64,000 nt of DNA from positions 2,176,001 to 2,240,000 of the forward strand of contig OY781945.1 of the NCBI GenBank assembly GCA_963677435.1, read 5' to 3'. The notes under the pieces are model-generated. The model was given only the letters and a program-made list of their open reading frames with translations, had not been told where the DNA came from and searched no databases. This DNA is from an uncultured Aliarcobacter sp. (GTDB taxonomy: Bacteria > Campylobacterota > Campylobacteria > Campylobacterales > Arcobacteraceae). Of this stretch, positions 17,870 through 28,902 are shown one piece after another. Within the stretch, counting starts at the first letter, position 1, and each line of letters starts with the position of its first letter. Position numbers and translations under genes: made by a program.

Positions 17870-19852
17870 TTGCTAAGAAACATAACTACACGGGTAAAAC
17901 TAATGCTTTTACCTTTTGCTTTTATTTTCATTGTAATTATATCAGCTTTGATATTCAATTATTTTGATAGTGTTACGAAACAACAAACAAATGCTGCTAA
18001 TCAAACTGATTTGTTTATTCAACAAGTTCTAAAAGGAAGAATTTCTGTTTATCAGTTCTTACGAAATCCTGATGAATCAAAAGCACAAATAGTTAGAAAA
18101 GATTTTGAAGAGCTAAATAATAATGTTTTAGACTTACAATCAAAATTAAATTCTCAAGAGAATATTGAGTTATGTAATTTGATTATTAAAGAGTCAAAAA
18201 GCTATATTCAAAATTTTGATTTATTCGCTCAAAAAAGAATATCTGACTATAAAAATGGAATAGATAAAGAGACTCCTGAAATATTAGCTCTTATAAAAGA
18301 GATGGTTAATAGTGGATTAGAACTTGAAAAACAATTAAGTCATATAAATGAAAATGCAGTTGCCATGAAAAATGATGCAGTAAGTGCAATGAGTAGTGCT
18401 TTAATTTTAATAGCAATACTTGCAATTATCTTCTTTGTTGCATTTTCGCTTGTCTTATCTAATCAATTAATAACTTCAATTAATAACTTCCAACAAGGAT
18501 TATTAAATTTCTTTGGATATTTAAATAAAGAAACAAGTACTGTTGAAATGTTAGATGATAGAAATCATGATGAATTTGGAAGTATGGCAAGTGTTGTAAA
18601 TCAAAACATTGCAAAAACAAAAAGAACAATTGATTCTGACAATGTATTTTTAGAAGAGATTAATCAAATAGTTTTAACAATCAAAGAAGGTTTTTTAAGT
18701 AAAAGGCTTGATAATAAAACAGAATCTCAAAGTTTAGAAAGTCTAAGACATCATATTAATGATATGTTATTAAGTCTTCAACTAAGAGTTTGTACAAATA
18801 TTAATGATATTAGTTTTGCCCTTGAAAGATTTGCAAAACTTGATTTCACTCACAGAATAAAAGGCTGTAATAGTGGTGTTACAGTTGGATTAAACAATCT
18901 TGCTGATATTATAAATGATATGCTGGTAGAAAATAAATCAAATGGTTTAACACTAGGTGATAGCAGTCATATTCTTCTTAAAAATGTTGATACTTTAAAT
19001 GTAAATTCAAATGAAGCCGCTGCTGCATTAGAAGAAACTGCTGCTGCTGTTGAAGAGATTTCAAGTAATATTTCAAATAATACAAATAATATTGTAAAAA
19101 TGTCTCAATTAGCTTCAAGTGTAACAGATTCAGCTTCAAAAGGTGAGAGTTTGGCTAATCAAACAACAGAAGCTATGAATGAAATAGATAAAGAAGTAAA
19201 TGCAATAAATGAAGCAATAACAGTAATTGACCAAATTGCTTTCCAAACAAATATTCTTTCATTAAATGCAGCTGTTGAAGCTGCAACTGCTGGTGAAGCT
19301 GGAAAAGGATTTGCTGTTGTTGCAGCAGAAGTGCGAAATCTTGCATCTCGTTCAGCAGAAGCTGCTAAAGAGATTAAACTTCTTGTTGAAACAGCTACAA
19401 AAAAAGCTGACCAAGGTAAAAAAATATCAGAAGATATGATAAGTGGTTATAAAATGTTAAATGAAAATATTTCACTAACAATTGAGCTTATAAAAAATAT
19501 CGAAGGTTCTAGTAAAGAACAACTTGCTGGAATTGAGCAAATAAATGATGCTATTAACTCTCTTGATCAACAAACACAACAAAATGCTATGATTGCTACA
19601 CAAACATATGAAGTTGCTGTTCAAACAGATACTATAGCTAAATTGGTTGTTTCAAATGCAAATGCAAAAGAGTTTATAGGGAAAAATGATGTAAAAGCGA
19701 AAGTTGTAGAAAACAAATCTCTTCCTTCTAAAAAACAAATATCAAATAAAAGTAAAACTCCTTCTAAAAAAGTAGAAGCTTTTGCAAAAAATGATTCAAA
19801 AAAAGTAATATCATCAAATAGTAAAGATGAAGATGAATGGACAAGTTTTTAA
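17870..19852 (+). CDS. Methyl-accepting chemotaxis protein
   Basis: Two TM helices around a periplasmic domain; [38 protein letters not shown]-terminal EWTSF pentapeptide; AAGGAG RBS before TTG. Confidence 0.96.
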   Translation: MLRNITTRVKLMLLPFAFIFIVIISALIFNYFDSVTKQQTNAANQTDLFIQQVLKGRISVYQFLRNPDESKAQIVRKDFEELNNNVLDLQSKLNSQENIELCNLIIKESKSYIQNFDLFAQKRISDYKNGIDKETPEILALIKEMVNSGLELEKQLSHINENAVAMKNDAVSAMSSALILIAILAIIFFVAFSLVLSNQLITSINNFQQGLLNFFGYLNKETSTVEMLDDRNHDEFGSMASVVNQNIAKTKRTIDSDNVFLEEINQIVLTIKEGFLSKRLDNKTESQSLESLRHHINDMLLSLQLRVCTNINDISFALERFAKLDFTHRIKGCNSGVTVGLNNLADIINDMLVENKSNGLTLGDSSHILLKNVDTLNVNSNEAAAALEETAAAVEEISSNISNNTNNIVKMSQLASSVTDSASKGESLANQTTEAMNEIDKEVNAINEAITVIDQIAFQTNILSLNAAVEAATAGEAGKGFAVVAAEVRNLASRSAEAAKEIKLLVETATKKADQGKKISEDMISGYKMLNENISLTIELIKNIEGSSKEQLAGIEQINDAINSLDQQTQQNAMIATQTYEVAVQTDTIAKLVVSNANAKEFIGKNDVKAKVVENKSLPSKKQISNKSKTPSKKVEAFAKNDSKKVISSNSKDEDEWTSF

Positions 19853-19881
19853 CTTGTCTATTTAGAAGATAAAGGAAAATA

Positions 19882-20505
19882 ATGGAATTTAATATTTGGC
19901 TAACTATGTTTTTAGCTTCTATTGCAATTTCTGTTTCGCCAGGAGCTGGTGCAGTCGTTTCAATGAATTATGGTTTAAAATATGGTCTTAAAAAATCTTA
20001 CCCTGCAATTTTTGGATTACAAGTTGGATATATTACTCAAGCTTTTATTGTTGTAATTGGATTGGGTGCTATTATTGCAAAATCTGTTCTAATTTTTACA
20101 ATTATAAAATGGATTGGCGTTGCTTATTTAGTATATTTTGGTCTAAGTAAAATATTTGAAAAAGTTGAATTAGTTGAGGAAGAAGAACATTTAAATTCGT
20201 ATAATGCAAAAAAAGCCTTTTTAAATTCAAGTCTAATAAATCTAACAAATATCAAAGCAACAATTTTTTTAGTGGCATTTATTCCACAATTTATAAATCC
20301 TAATGAATCAATATTTTTACAATTTATTATTATTTCTGCAACATTATGTGCTGTTGATGTATTTGTAATGACTGGATACTCTTCTCTTGCTTCAAGATTA
20401 AGATTTTTATTAAAAAATGTAAAAGCAATAAAAATTCAAAATAGAATAACTGGAACTCTACTTATACTAGCTGCTATTTTTATGTCAAATGCAAAAAGAG
20501 CTTAA
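19882..20505 (+). CDS. LysE/RhtB family amino acid exporter
   Basis: SPGAG, KWIGVAYLVYFG, NLTNIK, FIPQF. Confidence 0.9.
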   Translation: MEFNIWLTMFLASIAISVSPGAGAVVSMNYGLKYGLKKSYPAIFGLQVGYITQAFIVVIGLGAIIAKSVLIFTIIKWIGVAYLVYFGLSKIFEKVELVEEEEHLNSYNAKKAFLNSSLINLTNIKATIFLVAFIPQFINPNESIFLQFIIISATLCAVDVFVMTGYSSLASRLRFLLKNVKAIKIQNRITGTLLILAAIFMSNAKRA

Positions 20506-20513
20506 ATACAATA

Positions 20514-22382
20514 TTATTCATAAAACTTAATAGTATTTCTTCCCGATTCTTTAGCCTCATACATGGCTGAATCGGCACATTTGAAGATATTTATAGAACT
20601 CTCTTCTTCCCCTTTAAACATACATATTCCAATACTAGCTGTACAATTATGCTCAATATCTATATTTTCTTTATCTTCATTTATTATACAAAATTCATAA
20701 GGTTGAGCTAAATAAATTCTTATTTTTTCAACTACATTAAAAATGTTTTCTTTTGATATTTCTTTATCTTCATCAAATTCATCAAGTACTATTACAAACT
20801 CATCGCCACCAATTCTAGCAATTGCATCAAGTTTTCTAATATTACTTTTTAATCTATTGGCAACTTCAATTAATAATAAATCACCAACATTATGACCATA
20901 AGTATCATTTAATGGTTTGAAATTATCTAAGTCAATAAAAACTAAGGCACAATACTTTTGACTTCGTTCACTCTTAGACATTATAAAACTCATTTTATCA
21001 TCTAAAGAACGGCGATTTGGCAGTTTTGTTAAGGTATCACAATATGCTAATTGCTCTATTTTTTCTTGAAGTTCTTTTCGTTTTGTAATTTCTCTAGTAA
21101 TTCCATGATAACCAATAATATTTCCGTTGGCATCTACTTCTTGTTTTGATAAGATTTCTCCCCAAATTATAGAGCCATCTTTACATTTATGTTGAAGTTC
21201 GATACTCAAAGCTGGTAATTCAACACCTTTTTTTAATAATTCAAATCTTTCTTGTAACTTTTCTTTTAGAAGAAGAACACTTTCATCTGTAAATAATTCA
21301 AAAATATTACTACCAATTACTTCACTTGCTTTATAACCTCTAAACCGTTCATCAGCTGGACTTATATATGTAATTATAAAATTAGTATTTACTTTCCAAA
21401 TCACATCATTTACATCTTCTGTTAATTGTCTATAATGGGATTCACTCTCTTTTAGTTTATTTTCTATAATTTTACGCTGTGTTATTTCACTTCTTAATCT
21501 ATAAACCCAATAAATTATAATCAATAAAATAAACAATACAGCAAGGGCATAAATGAATATTGTTTTTACATTTATTCCACGATCAGCACTTAACCAATAA
21601 TTAAATGTATTTTGTATTTCATCTTCAGGCAAAGATTTTGCAGCTTTATTTAAAATACTCAAAAGCTCAGTATTATTTTTTGTAACTGCAAAACTTTGAT
21701 TACTTACATATTCAGTTTGTCCTGAAAAACGCAAATTTAGAAAATAATATTTTTTGATTATATAATCAGAAAGACCAACATCACCAACATAAGCATCTAC
21801 TTGGGATGAATTTACTAATTCTAAAGCTTGTTTTGTACTATCCACAACTTGTAGTTTTATATTTGGGTAATTTTCTCTTAAAATCTCTTCCATAAAATAA
21901 TTTTTTTCAACAGAGACTTTTTTATTATTTAGATATTTTAATCCTCCAATAAAACCATTATTTCCTCTGTCAATAATAATTACAGGACACTTTCTATAAA
22001 ATTCTGTAAAATCAAGATATTTTGATCTCTCAGGTGTTTGTACAATACTTGTAATCATATCAATTTCGCCATTTTTAGCCATATTTATGATTTCATTCCA
22101 CGATTTATTTTTAACTATTTGAAATTCTATACCTACAATCTTTTCAATTCTTTTCATGTAATCAACGGCAACACCTTTGTATTCACCATTTTCAAGCCAT
22201 TCATAAGGAGCATAATCTCTATCTACACCCACTTTTATTATTGGATGTTTCGAAATCCAATCTTTTTCATTTTGAGTTAAAACAAAAGGAGTTGAGTCTA
22301 ACTTTTCTAAAGCGAATAAAGTTACACTAAAAAAGAAGAGAAAGAAAAAGATTTGATAATTTTTAATTTTCATATTATTCAA
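20514..22382 (-). CDS. Diguanylate cyclase with periplasmic solute-binding and PAS domains
   Basis: YAPYEW PBP domain, TM helix, PAS, DLDNFK, RKLD I-site, GGDEF. Confidence 0.93.
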   Translation of the reverse strand: MNNMKIKNYQIFFFLFFFSVTLFALEKLDSTPFVLTQNEKDWISKHPIIKVGVDRDYAPYEWLENGEYKGVAVDYMKRIEKIVGIEFQIVKNKSWNEIINMAKNGEIDMITSIVQTPERSKYLDFTEFYRKCPVIIIDRGNNGFIGGLKYLNNKKVSVEKNYFMEEILRENYPNIKLQVVDSTKQALELVNSSQVDAYVGDVGLSDYIIKKYYFLNLRFSGQTEYVSNQSFAVTKNNTELLSILNKAAKSLPEDEIQNTFNYWLSADRGINVKTIFIYALAVLFILLIIIYWVYRLRSEITQRKIIENKLKESESHYRQLTEDVNDVIWKVNTNFIITYISPADERFRGYKASEVIGSNIFELFTDESVLLLKEKLQERFELLKKGVELPALSIELQHKCKDGSIIWGEILSKQEVDANGNIIGYHGITREITKRKELQEKIEQLAYCDTLTKLPNRRSLDDKMSFIMSKSERSQKYCALVFIDLDNFKPLNDTYGHNVGDLLLIEVANRLKSNIRKLDAIARIGGDEFVIVLDEFDEDKEISKENIFNVVEKIRIYLAQPYEFCIINEDKENIDIEHNCTASIGICMFKGEEESSINIFKCADSAMYEAKESGRNTIKFYE

Positions 22383-22436
22383 AAGAAACCCCTTTTATTA
22401 GCCTTTTTCTAATTATATCCATAGCATGAATACTTT

Positions 22437-23684
22437 TTATAAACTTCTAGTTTTACCTGCTAGATTTCCGCTTGAAAAAGACCATTGAAGATTATATCCA
22501 CCGCAAGGTCCATCAATATTTACAACTTCTCCACAAAAATATAAACCAGAAATAAGCTTACTTTGCATAGTTTTCGAGTCAATTTCTTTGAGTTCAATAC
22601 CACCTCTTGTAATCATGGCATTTTTAAAACCTTCATGACCAGTAACTGTTAAAGGTGTCCAAGCTAAGGTTTTTATTAGCTTTTCTCTTTTTATTCCATC
22701 TATGTTTTTAAACTTCTCAGAACTATTTATTTCGCAAATATTACATATTTCAGTTGCCACACTTAAAGCTAAAAGTGTTGTTAGATTTTCTAAAACTGTG
22801 GCTGTTGGATTTTTTTCTATCTCTTTTTTAATATGTGTATAAATTTGCTCTTCATTCATACCTTTTAAAAAACTAATCAGTAAAGGCACTTCATTGTGTT
22901 TAGCTATTATTGGAGTTAATTCTCGAGCAAAATCTAAAACAACTGGCCCTCTTATTCCATTGTTTGTGAAAATCAAATCTCCAGTTAATTTTAGTTTTTT
23001 GTATTTTGGTAAATCAACTTTTAAAATAGCTTTAGCAATAGTATCAGCTTTACAAGCAGCAAAGTTTTTCTCTTTTGTAAATAGTGGCATCATTGCTGGA
23101 TGTAAAGAGGTAACTTCATGTCCAAACTCTTTAGCATAAATATATCCATCTCCAGTTGCTCCAAGGGTTGGATAACCTAAACCTCCAGTTGCTAGGATAA
23201 TATTTTTAGTTTTGTAAATATTAGATTGGCTATTTATGATAAAAATATCATCTTTCTTTTGAATAGTTTGAATTTCAACAGAACAATCAACTTTTACTTT
23301 TAATCTTTCTAGTTCATCATCCAAAGCTTTTAAAATAATAGAAGAACTATGATCTAAGGGAAATACTCTAAATCCATCTCGGGCAATTGTTTCAACTCCA
23401 ATGCTAGCAAAAAAATCTCTTAAATCATTTGCATTAAAAGCTTCTAAGGCATGGCTCATAAATCGGCCATTTTTACCAAATTTTCCCATAAACTCTTCAG
23501 TTGATAAAGTATTTGTGAGATTACATTTTCCACCACCAGTAGCTTTTAGTTTTGCTGCAATTTTTGAAAGTTTTTCTAGTAATAAAACGCTTTTTTTTTC
23601 TTTTGCTGCACTAATACTTGCCATTATTCCAGCAGGGCCACCACCTATTACAATTACATCAAAAACTCTATCTTTTTCTTCCAT
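22437..23684 (-). CDS. HI0933/BaiN-family flavoprotein
   Basis: GGGPAG, TGGGKCNLTN, ATGG..YP..G.TGDGY, GGYNLQ. Confidence 0.92.
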   Translation of the reverse strand: MEEKDRVFDVIVIGGGPAGIMASISAAKEKKSVLLLEKLSKIAAKLKATGGGKCNLTNTLSTEEFMGKFGKNGRFMSHALEAFNANDLRDFFASIGVETIARDGFRVFPLDHSSSIILKALDDELERLKVKVDCSVEIQTIQKKDDIFIINSQSNIYKTKNIILATGGLGYPTLGATGDGYIYAKEFGHEVTSLHPAMMPLFTKEKNFAACKADTIAKAILKVDLPKYKKLKLTGDLIFTNNGIRGPVVLDFARELTPIIAKHNEVPLLISFLKGMNEEQIYTHIKKEIEKNPTATVLENLTTLLALSVATEICNICEINSSEKFKNIDGIKREKLIKTLAWTPLTVTGHEGFKNAMITRGGIELKEIDSKTMQSKLISGLYFCGEVVNIDGPCGGYNLQWSFSSGNLAGKTRSL

Positions 23685-23753
23685 TAAACAACTTCTTTAT
23701 TAAATTTTCATATAGTATTATTTATTATATCTATTTTGTCATAAGGAAAATCT

Positions 23754-24578
23754 ATGAAAAAACCAATTATCTTTTCTTTGCTTCTGTGTTTAGGCTTTAC
23801 AGCTTGCGCAAATACAGCTGTTGATGACTATTTTAATACAAATAAAAATAGTTCAGAAAAACAGTATGAAGCATTTAGAAAAAATATTGCAAAACCCTTT
23901 GAAAATCAAACTCCAAAACAATGGGGAGAAAATGTTACAGGTGTAAAAACACATCTAAATATAAACGAAAAAGTAATCGCAATAACTATGGATGCTTGTG
24001 GAAGTCCACTTGGAATGGCTTATGATGAAAAGTTAGTTAATTTTTTAAAAAAAGAGAAAATTCCAGCGACTTTGTTTATTAATGCTAGATGGATAGATAA
24101 AAATCTTAAAACCTTCAAAGAGTTAGCAGCAAATCCACTATTTGAAATAGGAAATCATGGATTAGAACATAAACCAGCTTCTGTAAATGGAAAATCAATT
24201 TATAATATAAAAGGAACAAATTCGCCTGAAGAGTTAGTTGATGAAATAGAAATAAATGCTAGAAAAATAGAATCAATAACTCACAAAAGACCAAAATACT
24301 TCCGTTCTGGAACTGCATATTATGATGAAGTTGCTGTAAAAATTGCAAATAAATTAAATCATCAAGTTGTAGGATTTTCTATTCTAGGAGATGCGGGTGC
24401 AACTTTTTCAACTAAAAAAGTTGAAGAAGCATTTTTAAAGGCAAAAAAAGGTGAAATAGTAATTATTCATATGAATCATCCTACCTCAGATACGGCACAA
24501 GGAACGATAAATGCCATAACAAAACTAAAACAAAAAGGATTTAGATTTGTTTTATTATCTGATTATAAACTAAAATAA
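23754..24578 (+). CDS. Polysaccharide deacetylase (NodB/CE4) family lipoprotein
   Basis: Lipobox-like FTAC, TMDACG, IPATLF, EIGNHGLEH, IIHMN. Confidence 0.85.
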   Translation: MKKPIIFSLLLCLGFTACANTAVDDYFNTNKNSSEKQYEAFRKNIAKPFENQTPKQWGENVTGVKTHLNINEKVIAITMDACGSPLGMAYDEKLVNFLKKEKIPATLFINARWIDKNLKTFKELAANPLFEIGNHGLEHKPASVNGKSIYNIKGTNSPEELVDEIEINARKIESITHKRPKYFRSGTAYYDEVAVKIANKLNHQVVGFSILGDAGATFSTKKVEEAFLKAKKGEIVIIHMNHPTSDTAQGTINAITKLKQKGFRFVLLSDYKLK

Positions 24579-24637
24579 AATTTTATAATTTTTATTTATG
24601 ATAAAATAACAAAAAAAATTTACTGAGGAATATATAA

Positions 24638-25750
24638 ATGGCAGGATTTTTAGGATATCTATCTTTATTAACAGATGATATAAGCTCACTTGCAGGAAAA
24701 ACAGTAGCATCTGCAACAAAATCATTAGCAACTTCCCTTGATGATGTAGGATTACTTTTTGATGATATTGCAACTTACACAAAACTTGCAAGTATTAAAT
24801 CAACTGGTTTAGTGGTTGATGATTTAGCAGCAATTGCAAATTTTACAAATGACACAACATCTGATATTTTAAAAGCTGAATTGAAAAAAGCTAAAACGGT
24901 AAATGAATTTAGACAAAATATCGAAAAACTTGATGAACAAGCTCAAAAAAAGATTTTAAAAGAACTTGAAGGAATCAGACAACAAGCAATTCTTGAAGCA
25001 AAAAGAAAAGCAGCAGCAAGAGAACTTCCAATTGTTTATAAAATTGCAAAGGGAAGTTTAAAAAATAAAGTTATCATCATTCCTATTGTTTTACTTATGA
25101 GTTTTTTAGCACCTTGGCTAATCTCTCCTGTTCTAATTTTAGGAGGAATATATCTAGCATATGAAGGTGTTGAAAGTGTTTTAGAAAAAATTGGACATCA
25201 CAAAGAAATAAGTGAAGATAAAGAAACAATAAAAGAGTTATCAACTGAAAAACTTGAAGATGAAAAGGTAAAAGGCGCTATTAAAACAGATTTTATTTTA
25301 TCATTTGAGATTATTGTAATCACACTTAGTTTAGTTGAAGACACAAGCTTTTTAGCTAAGTTATCAGTTCTTGCATTAATTGGAATAATAACAACTGTTT
25401 TTGTATATGGAATAGTTGCTTTAATCATAAAACTTGATGACATTGGTTTTTATTTACAAGAAAAACAAAGTTTAGTTCTAAAAAAAATAGGTGATGGTTT
25501 CGTAAACTCAATGCCACATATTATAAAAACTATTGGAATAGTAGGAACAGTTGCTATGTTAGCAGTTGGTGGTGGAATTATTGTACATGAAACTCATATA
25601 TTTCACTCTTTTGATGAAGTATTAAAAGCTATTCCATTTGCAGAATTATTTGTTCAAATAGTATTTGGGGGAATTGTTGGATATATTGCAGTTAAAATAG
25701 TACCAATTATAGAGCCTATTTTTGCAAAATTCAAAAAAAGTAAGTCTTAA
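24638..25750 (+). CDS. DUF808 (YedI-like) inner membrane protein
   Basis: GLVVDDLA, ARELPIV.KIAKGSL.NK, GAIKTDFILSFEI, KLDDIG, VGTVAMLAVGGGI. Confidence 0.88.
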   Translation: MAGFLGYLSLLTDDISSLAGKTVASATKSLATSLDDVGLLFDDIATYTKLASIKSTGLVVDDLAAIANFTNDTTSDILKAELKKAKTVNEFRQNIEKLDEQAQKKILKELEGIRQQAILEAKRKAAARELPIVYKIAKGSLKNKVIIIPIVLLMSFLAPWLISPVLILGGIYLAYEGVESVLEKIGHHKEISEDKETIKELSTEKLEDEKVKGAIKTDFILSFEIIVITLSLVEDTSFLAKLSVLALIGIITTVFVYGIVALIIKLDDIGFYLQEKQSLVLKKIGDGFVNSMPHIIKTIGIVGTVAMLAVGGGIIVHETHIFHSFDEVLKAIPFAELFVQIVFGGIVGYIAVKIVPIIEPIFAKFKKSKS

Positions 25751-25785
25751 TCATATCTGCTAAAATATATAACATTAGCAAAGTA

Positions 25786-25820
25786 AAGATAATCTTATTA
25801 AAATTCATAAGATTATCTTA
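25786..25820. terminator. Hairpin between convergent genes
   Basis: AAGATAATCTTAT...ATAAGATTATCTT inverted repeat. Confidence 0.5.
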
Positions 25821-25829
25821 GCTAAATTC

Positions 25830-26537
25830 TTAAAAATCAACAATTAAAGAAGTTAAAAACTTTTTATCTGTATTTTCTTTATCAGTTTTGTTTGTATAAT
25901 CTATACTATAACTAACTCCTAAAGATAAATTTTGTGTCATTTTAACTCCGATTGAAGAATCACTTGTAGCAAAGTATTTATCGCCATCTTCAAAAGATCC
26001 TAAATAACTAATCATTTGTTTAAAATCTACAGTTGGGCTAAATCTATATTTGTAATTCAATTCAGTTTTTCCAGCTAAATAATTATCAGTTAAACCCGTA
26101 GTATATTTATCATAAGCATAATCTAAACCGCCTTGAATATCTATAGTTTGTATCTCATCTTCAAGTAATTTATATCCAAGTCCAGGCCCAATATTTAATC
26201 TATAATCATAATCTGACAACTCATCTTTTATATAACTAATTCCCATATAAGAGTATAGTTTTTCACTTATCATGTGATTATAATCTAACTCTAAATTATA
26301 TTTATTTGCAGAAGTGCTATTATCATTTTTATTGTATAAAACACTTCCTTTCGCTTTTATACTCTCTGTTTGGCTAAGGGCTGCTGTTCCTTGAAGTTTT
26401 GAAGAGAAAGTTGTTGTATTTGAATTCCCACTTGTTTGAACATAAGATAACTCTAAATGTTTATCTATATCCAAAGCATACGACATTGTTGAGAAAATTA
26501 TTAAGATACAAATTTTACTCACTATTTTTTTATTCAT
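25830..26537 (-). CDS. DUF481 outer-membrane beta-barrel protein
   Basis: Signal peptide, TSGNSNT, GPGLGY, terminal Phe. Confidence 0.85.
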   Translation of the reverse strand: MNKKIVSKICILIIFSTMSYALDIDKHLELSYVQTSGNSNTTTFSSKLQGTAALSQTESIKAKGSVLYNKNDNSTSANKYNLELDYNHMISEKLYSYMGISYIKDELSDYDYRLNIGPGLGYKLLEDEIQTIDIQGGLDYAYDKYTTGLTDNYLAGKTELNYKYRFSPTVDFKQMISYLGSFEDGDKYFATSDSSIGVKMTQNLSLGVSYSIDYTNKTDKENTDKKFLTSLIVDF

Positions 26538-28048
26538 TCATTTTCCTGTCTTACAATTTGTCTTTTATTTGCTTTTGAGACCTCTTTTTGTGCAAAATCA
26601 TAATTTAAAGGAATTATTTTTTTTAAAAATGGTGGAATTTTTCTTCCTCCAACTTTCATAACATCCTGTAAAATCGTGTTTGCTAATAGTTCTTTATTAT
26701 GTTTTGGTAACATATATTCAAATAAAAATTCCGCCATTCTATCAAGAGAAATCTTATAAGTCGATTCACTTCTTTTATAAAGCCAAATACTTAAATCGTA
26801 GAAGTTTTCAAAAACTTTTCCATCTTCAAAAAGTAGTGTTGTTGTTTTTTGGAAATTTCCACTATTATAAACAATATCCCAAAATCTAGCGAATCTTTTC
26901 ATTTTTTGCATCATAGAAAAATCAATCAAATCATTTTTCAAAATATCATATGGAGGTGAATCATTATAAACCATTCCATAAACTTTATCATGTCTATCAA
27001 GGGTTGTTCCTGATAATTTTTTTAATATTCCAACTTGAATTTCACCTGTTGAGAGAGTATAAAGTTGATTTAGATTTTTTCCAAAACTCTCTATTGTTTC
27101 ACTTGGAAGCCCAATAATTAAATCTATATGCATATGAGCATGTGTCTCTTGAGATAAAAATTTTAGATTATCTTTGATTTTGTCAATTTTTAAATTTCTA
27201 TGAATTTCTCTTGCAACATCAAGATTTAAAGTTTGAATACCGACTTCAAGCTGTAAACATCCTGGTTTAAACTGTTTTATTAAATCTCTTAACTCTTCAG
27301 GGAAATTATCAGGAATTACCTCAAAATGTAAAAAATAATCTTCTTGTTTTGCTAGGAAATAATTTAAAATTGCTTTTGCATAAGAGATTTTGATATTAAA
27401 AGTTCTATCAATAAATTTGAAGTTTCTAGCACCTCTAATCCACAGTTTTTCAATCTCATCTAAAAAAACATTGATATCTAAATATCTCATTCTTGTCTCA
27501 ATTGAAGAGAGACAAAACTCACATTCAAAGGGGCAACCACGAGCATTTTCAACATAAATATGTCTATTTTTTATATCAAAATCTGTGTAATCATCATAAG
27601 GTAAAACTATTGATTCTAAATCAACTTTTGGCGAACTTATAGTTCGTGGTTGAGTACAGTTTCCATCAAGTAATTCTCTACAAAGATTGTAAAAAGTCAC
27701 TTCCCCTTCTCCACAAACTATATAATCTGCCATATCGAAATTTACTCTAAGTGGTTGAAAACTAACCTCCGGACCACCTAAAACTACTATAGTTTGGGGT
27801 GATACTCTTTTTATTATTCGAACAAGTTCACCAATATCAAATGCATTCCAAATATATACAGCAATTCCTATAATTTTTGGTTTTTTTTCAAGTATTTGTT
27901 CTGCTATTGTTTGAACTGAAGAGTTTATAACAAACTCTAAAATCTCAGCCTCGTTTTTTAGTTCTTTTAAATTTGCTAATAAATATCTCAAACCCAATGA
28001 ACTGTGAGAATATCTAGCGTTTAATGTTGTAAGTATTATGTTTTTCAT
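26534..28048 (-). CDS. B12-binding radical SAM protein (DUF4080-associated)
   Basis: LNARYSHSSL, LGGPEVS, RGCPFECEFCLS; start placed at MKNII. Confidence 0.9.
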   Translation of the reverse strand: MKNIILTTLNARYSHSSLGLRYLLANLKELKNEAEILEFVINSSVQTIAEQILEKKPKIIGIAVYIWNAFDIGELVRIIKRVSPQTIVVLGGPEVSFQPLRVNFDMADYIVCGEGEVTFYNLCRELLDGNCTQPRTISSPKVDLESIVLPYDDYTDFDIKNRHIYVENARGCPFECEFCLSSIETRMRYLDINVFLDEIEKLWIRGARNFKFIDRTFNIKISYAKAILNYFLAKQEDYFLHFEVIPDNFPEELRDLIKQFKPGCLQLEVGIQTLNLDVAREIHRNLKIDKIKDNLKFLSQETHAHMHIDLIIGLPSETIESFGKNLNQLYTLSTGEIQVGILKKLSGTTLDRHDKVYGMVYNDSPPYDILKNDLIDFSMMQKMKRFARFWDIVYNSGNFQKTTTLLFEDGKVFENFYDLSIWLYKRSESTYKISLDRMAEFLFEYMLPKHNKELLANTILQDVMKVGGRKIPPFLKKIIPLNYDFAQKEVSKANKRQIVRQENE

Positions 28049-28134
28049 TCGCGATTGTAACACAAAGTTATTGATATTAACTTTTCATAAACCAATCTTT
28101 AATATACTAATCTTTTTATTTAAAAGGAAGATTT

Positions 28135-28437
28135 ATGTTAAACGACACTTTTTCAAGATTTAGACTTATATCATTTATAGAAGGAATTTCTTTTTTAGTT
28201 TTACTTTTTATTGCAATGCCACTTAAATATTTAGCTGGGATTCCACTTGCTGTTAAAATTGTGGGAATGACCCATGGAGTTCTGTTTATACTTTTTGTTA
28301 TTGCTTTATATATGGCTATGAAAAGATACCAATGGAAGTTTCTAACTTTCCAACTTTTTGTTTATTCTTTAATACCTTTTGGTTTTATTTTGATAGAAAA
28401 AACAATAATGAAATCACCTCCAAAAAAGCTAGACTAA
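28135..28437 (+). CDS. DUF3817 membrane protein
   Basis: EGISFLVLLFIAMPLKY, GMTHGVLF, IPFG. Confidence 0.85.
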   Translation: MLNDTFSRFRLISFIEGISFLVLLFIAMPLKYLAGIPLAVKIVGMTHGVLFILFVIALYMAMKRYQWKFLTFQLFVYSLIPFGFILIEKTIMKSPPKKLD

Positions 28438-28902
28438 ATGGTTTTTGAAAAAGGTTTTTTAGGAACAACTGCTCCTTTATATTTGGATATAACAACTGTA
28501 TATTTTGCAGTTTTACCTTTTTTGTTAGCTTTTAGTATCTATTTTGCCATTAAAAAAGAGTATAAAAAACACTTTTTTTCTCAGGTTATTATTTTAGGAT
28601 TAACACTTATAATTGTAGTGATTTTTGAAATATGTATTAGAGTTTCAGGTGGATTTTTAGAGTATTCAAAATACAGCAATGTCTCTTTTGACTTTATGCT
28701 TGTTTTCTTAACTATTCATATTTTAATTGCAATCGCAGCTATTGGTGGATGGTTATTCTTATTTATCTCATCTTATAAAGATTATAAAAACCACTTACTT
28801 GATGGGAAAAAACATAAGAAAATAGGAAAAGCAATATTTTTTGCTTTAACTATTAGCTCTATTATGGGAATTTTTATCTATTTGTTTTTATTTGTTTTTT
28901 AA
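28438..28902 (+). CDS. DUF420 family membrane protein
   Basis: Four TM segments with conserved His (KKH, IHI, KHKKIGK). Confidence 0.75.
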   Translation: MVFEKGFLGTTAPLYLDITTVYFAVLPFLLAFSIYFAIKKEYKKHFFSQVIILGLTLIIVVIFEICIRVSGGFLEYSKYSNVSFDFMLVFLTIHILIAIAAIGGWLFLFISSYKDYKNHLLDGKKHKKIGKAIFFALTISSIMGIFIYLFLFVF

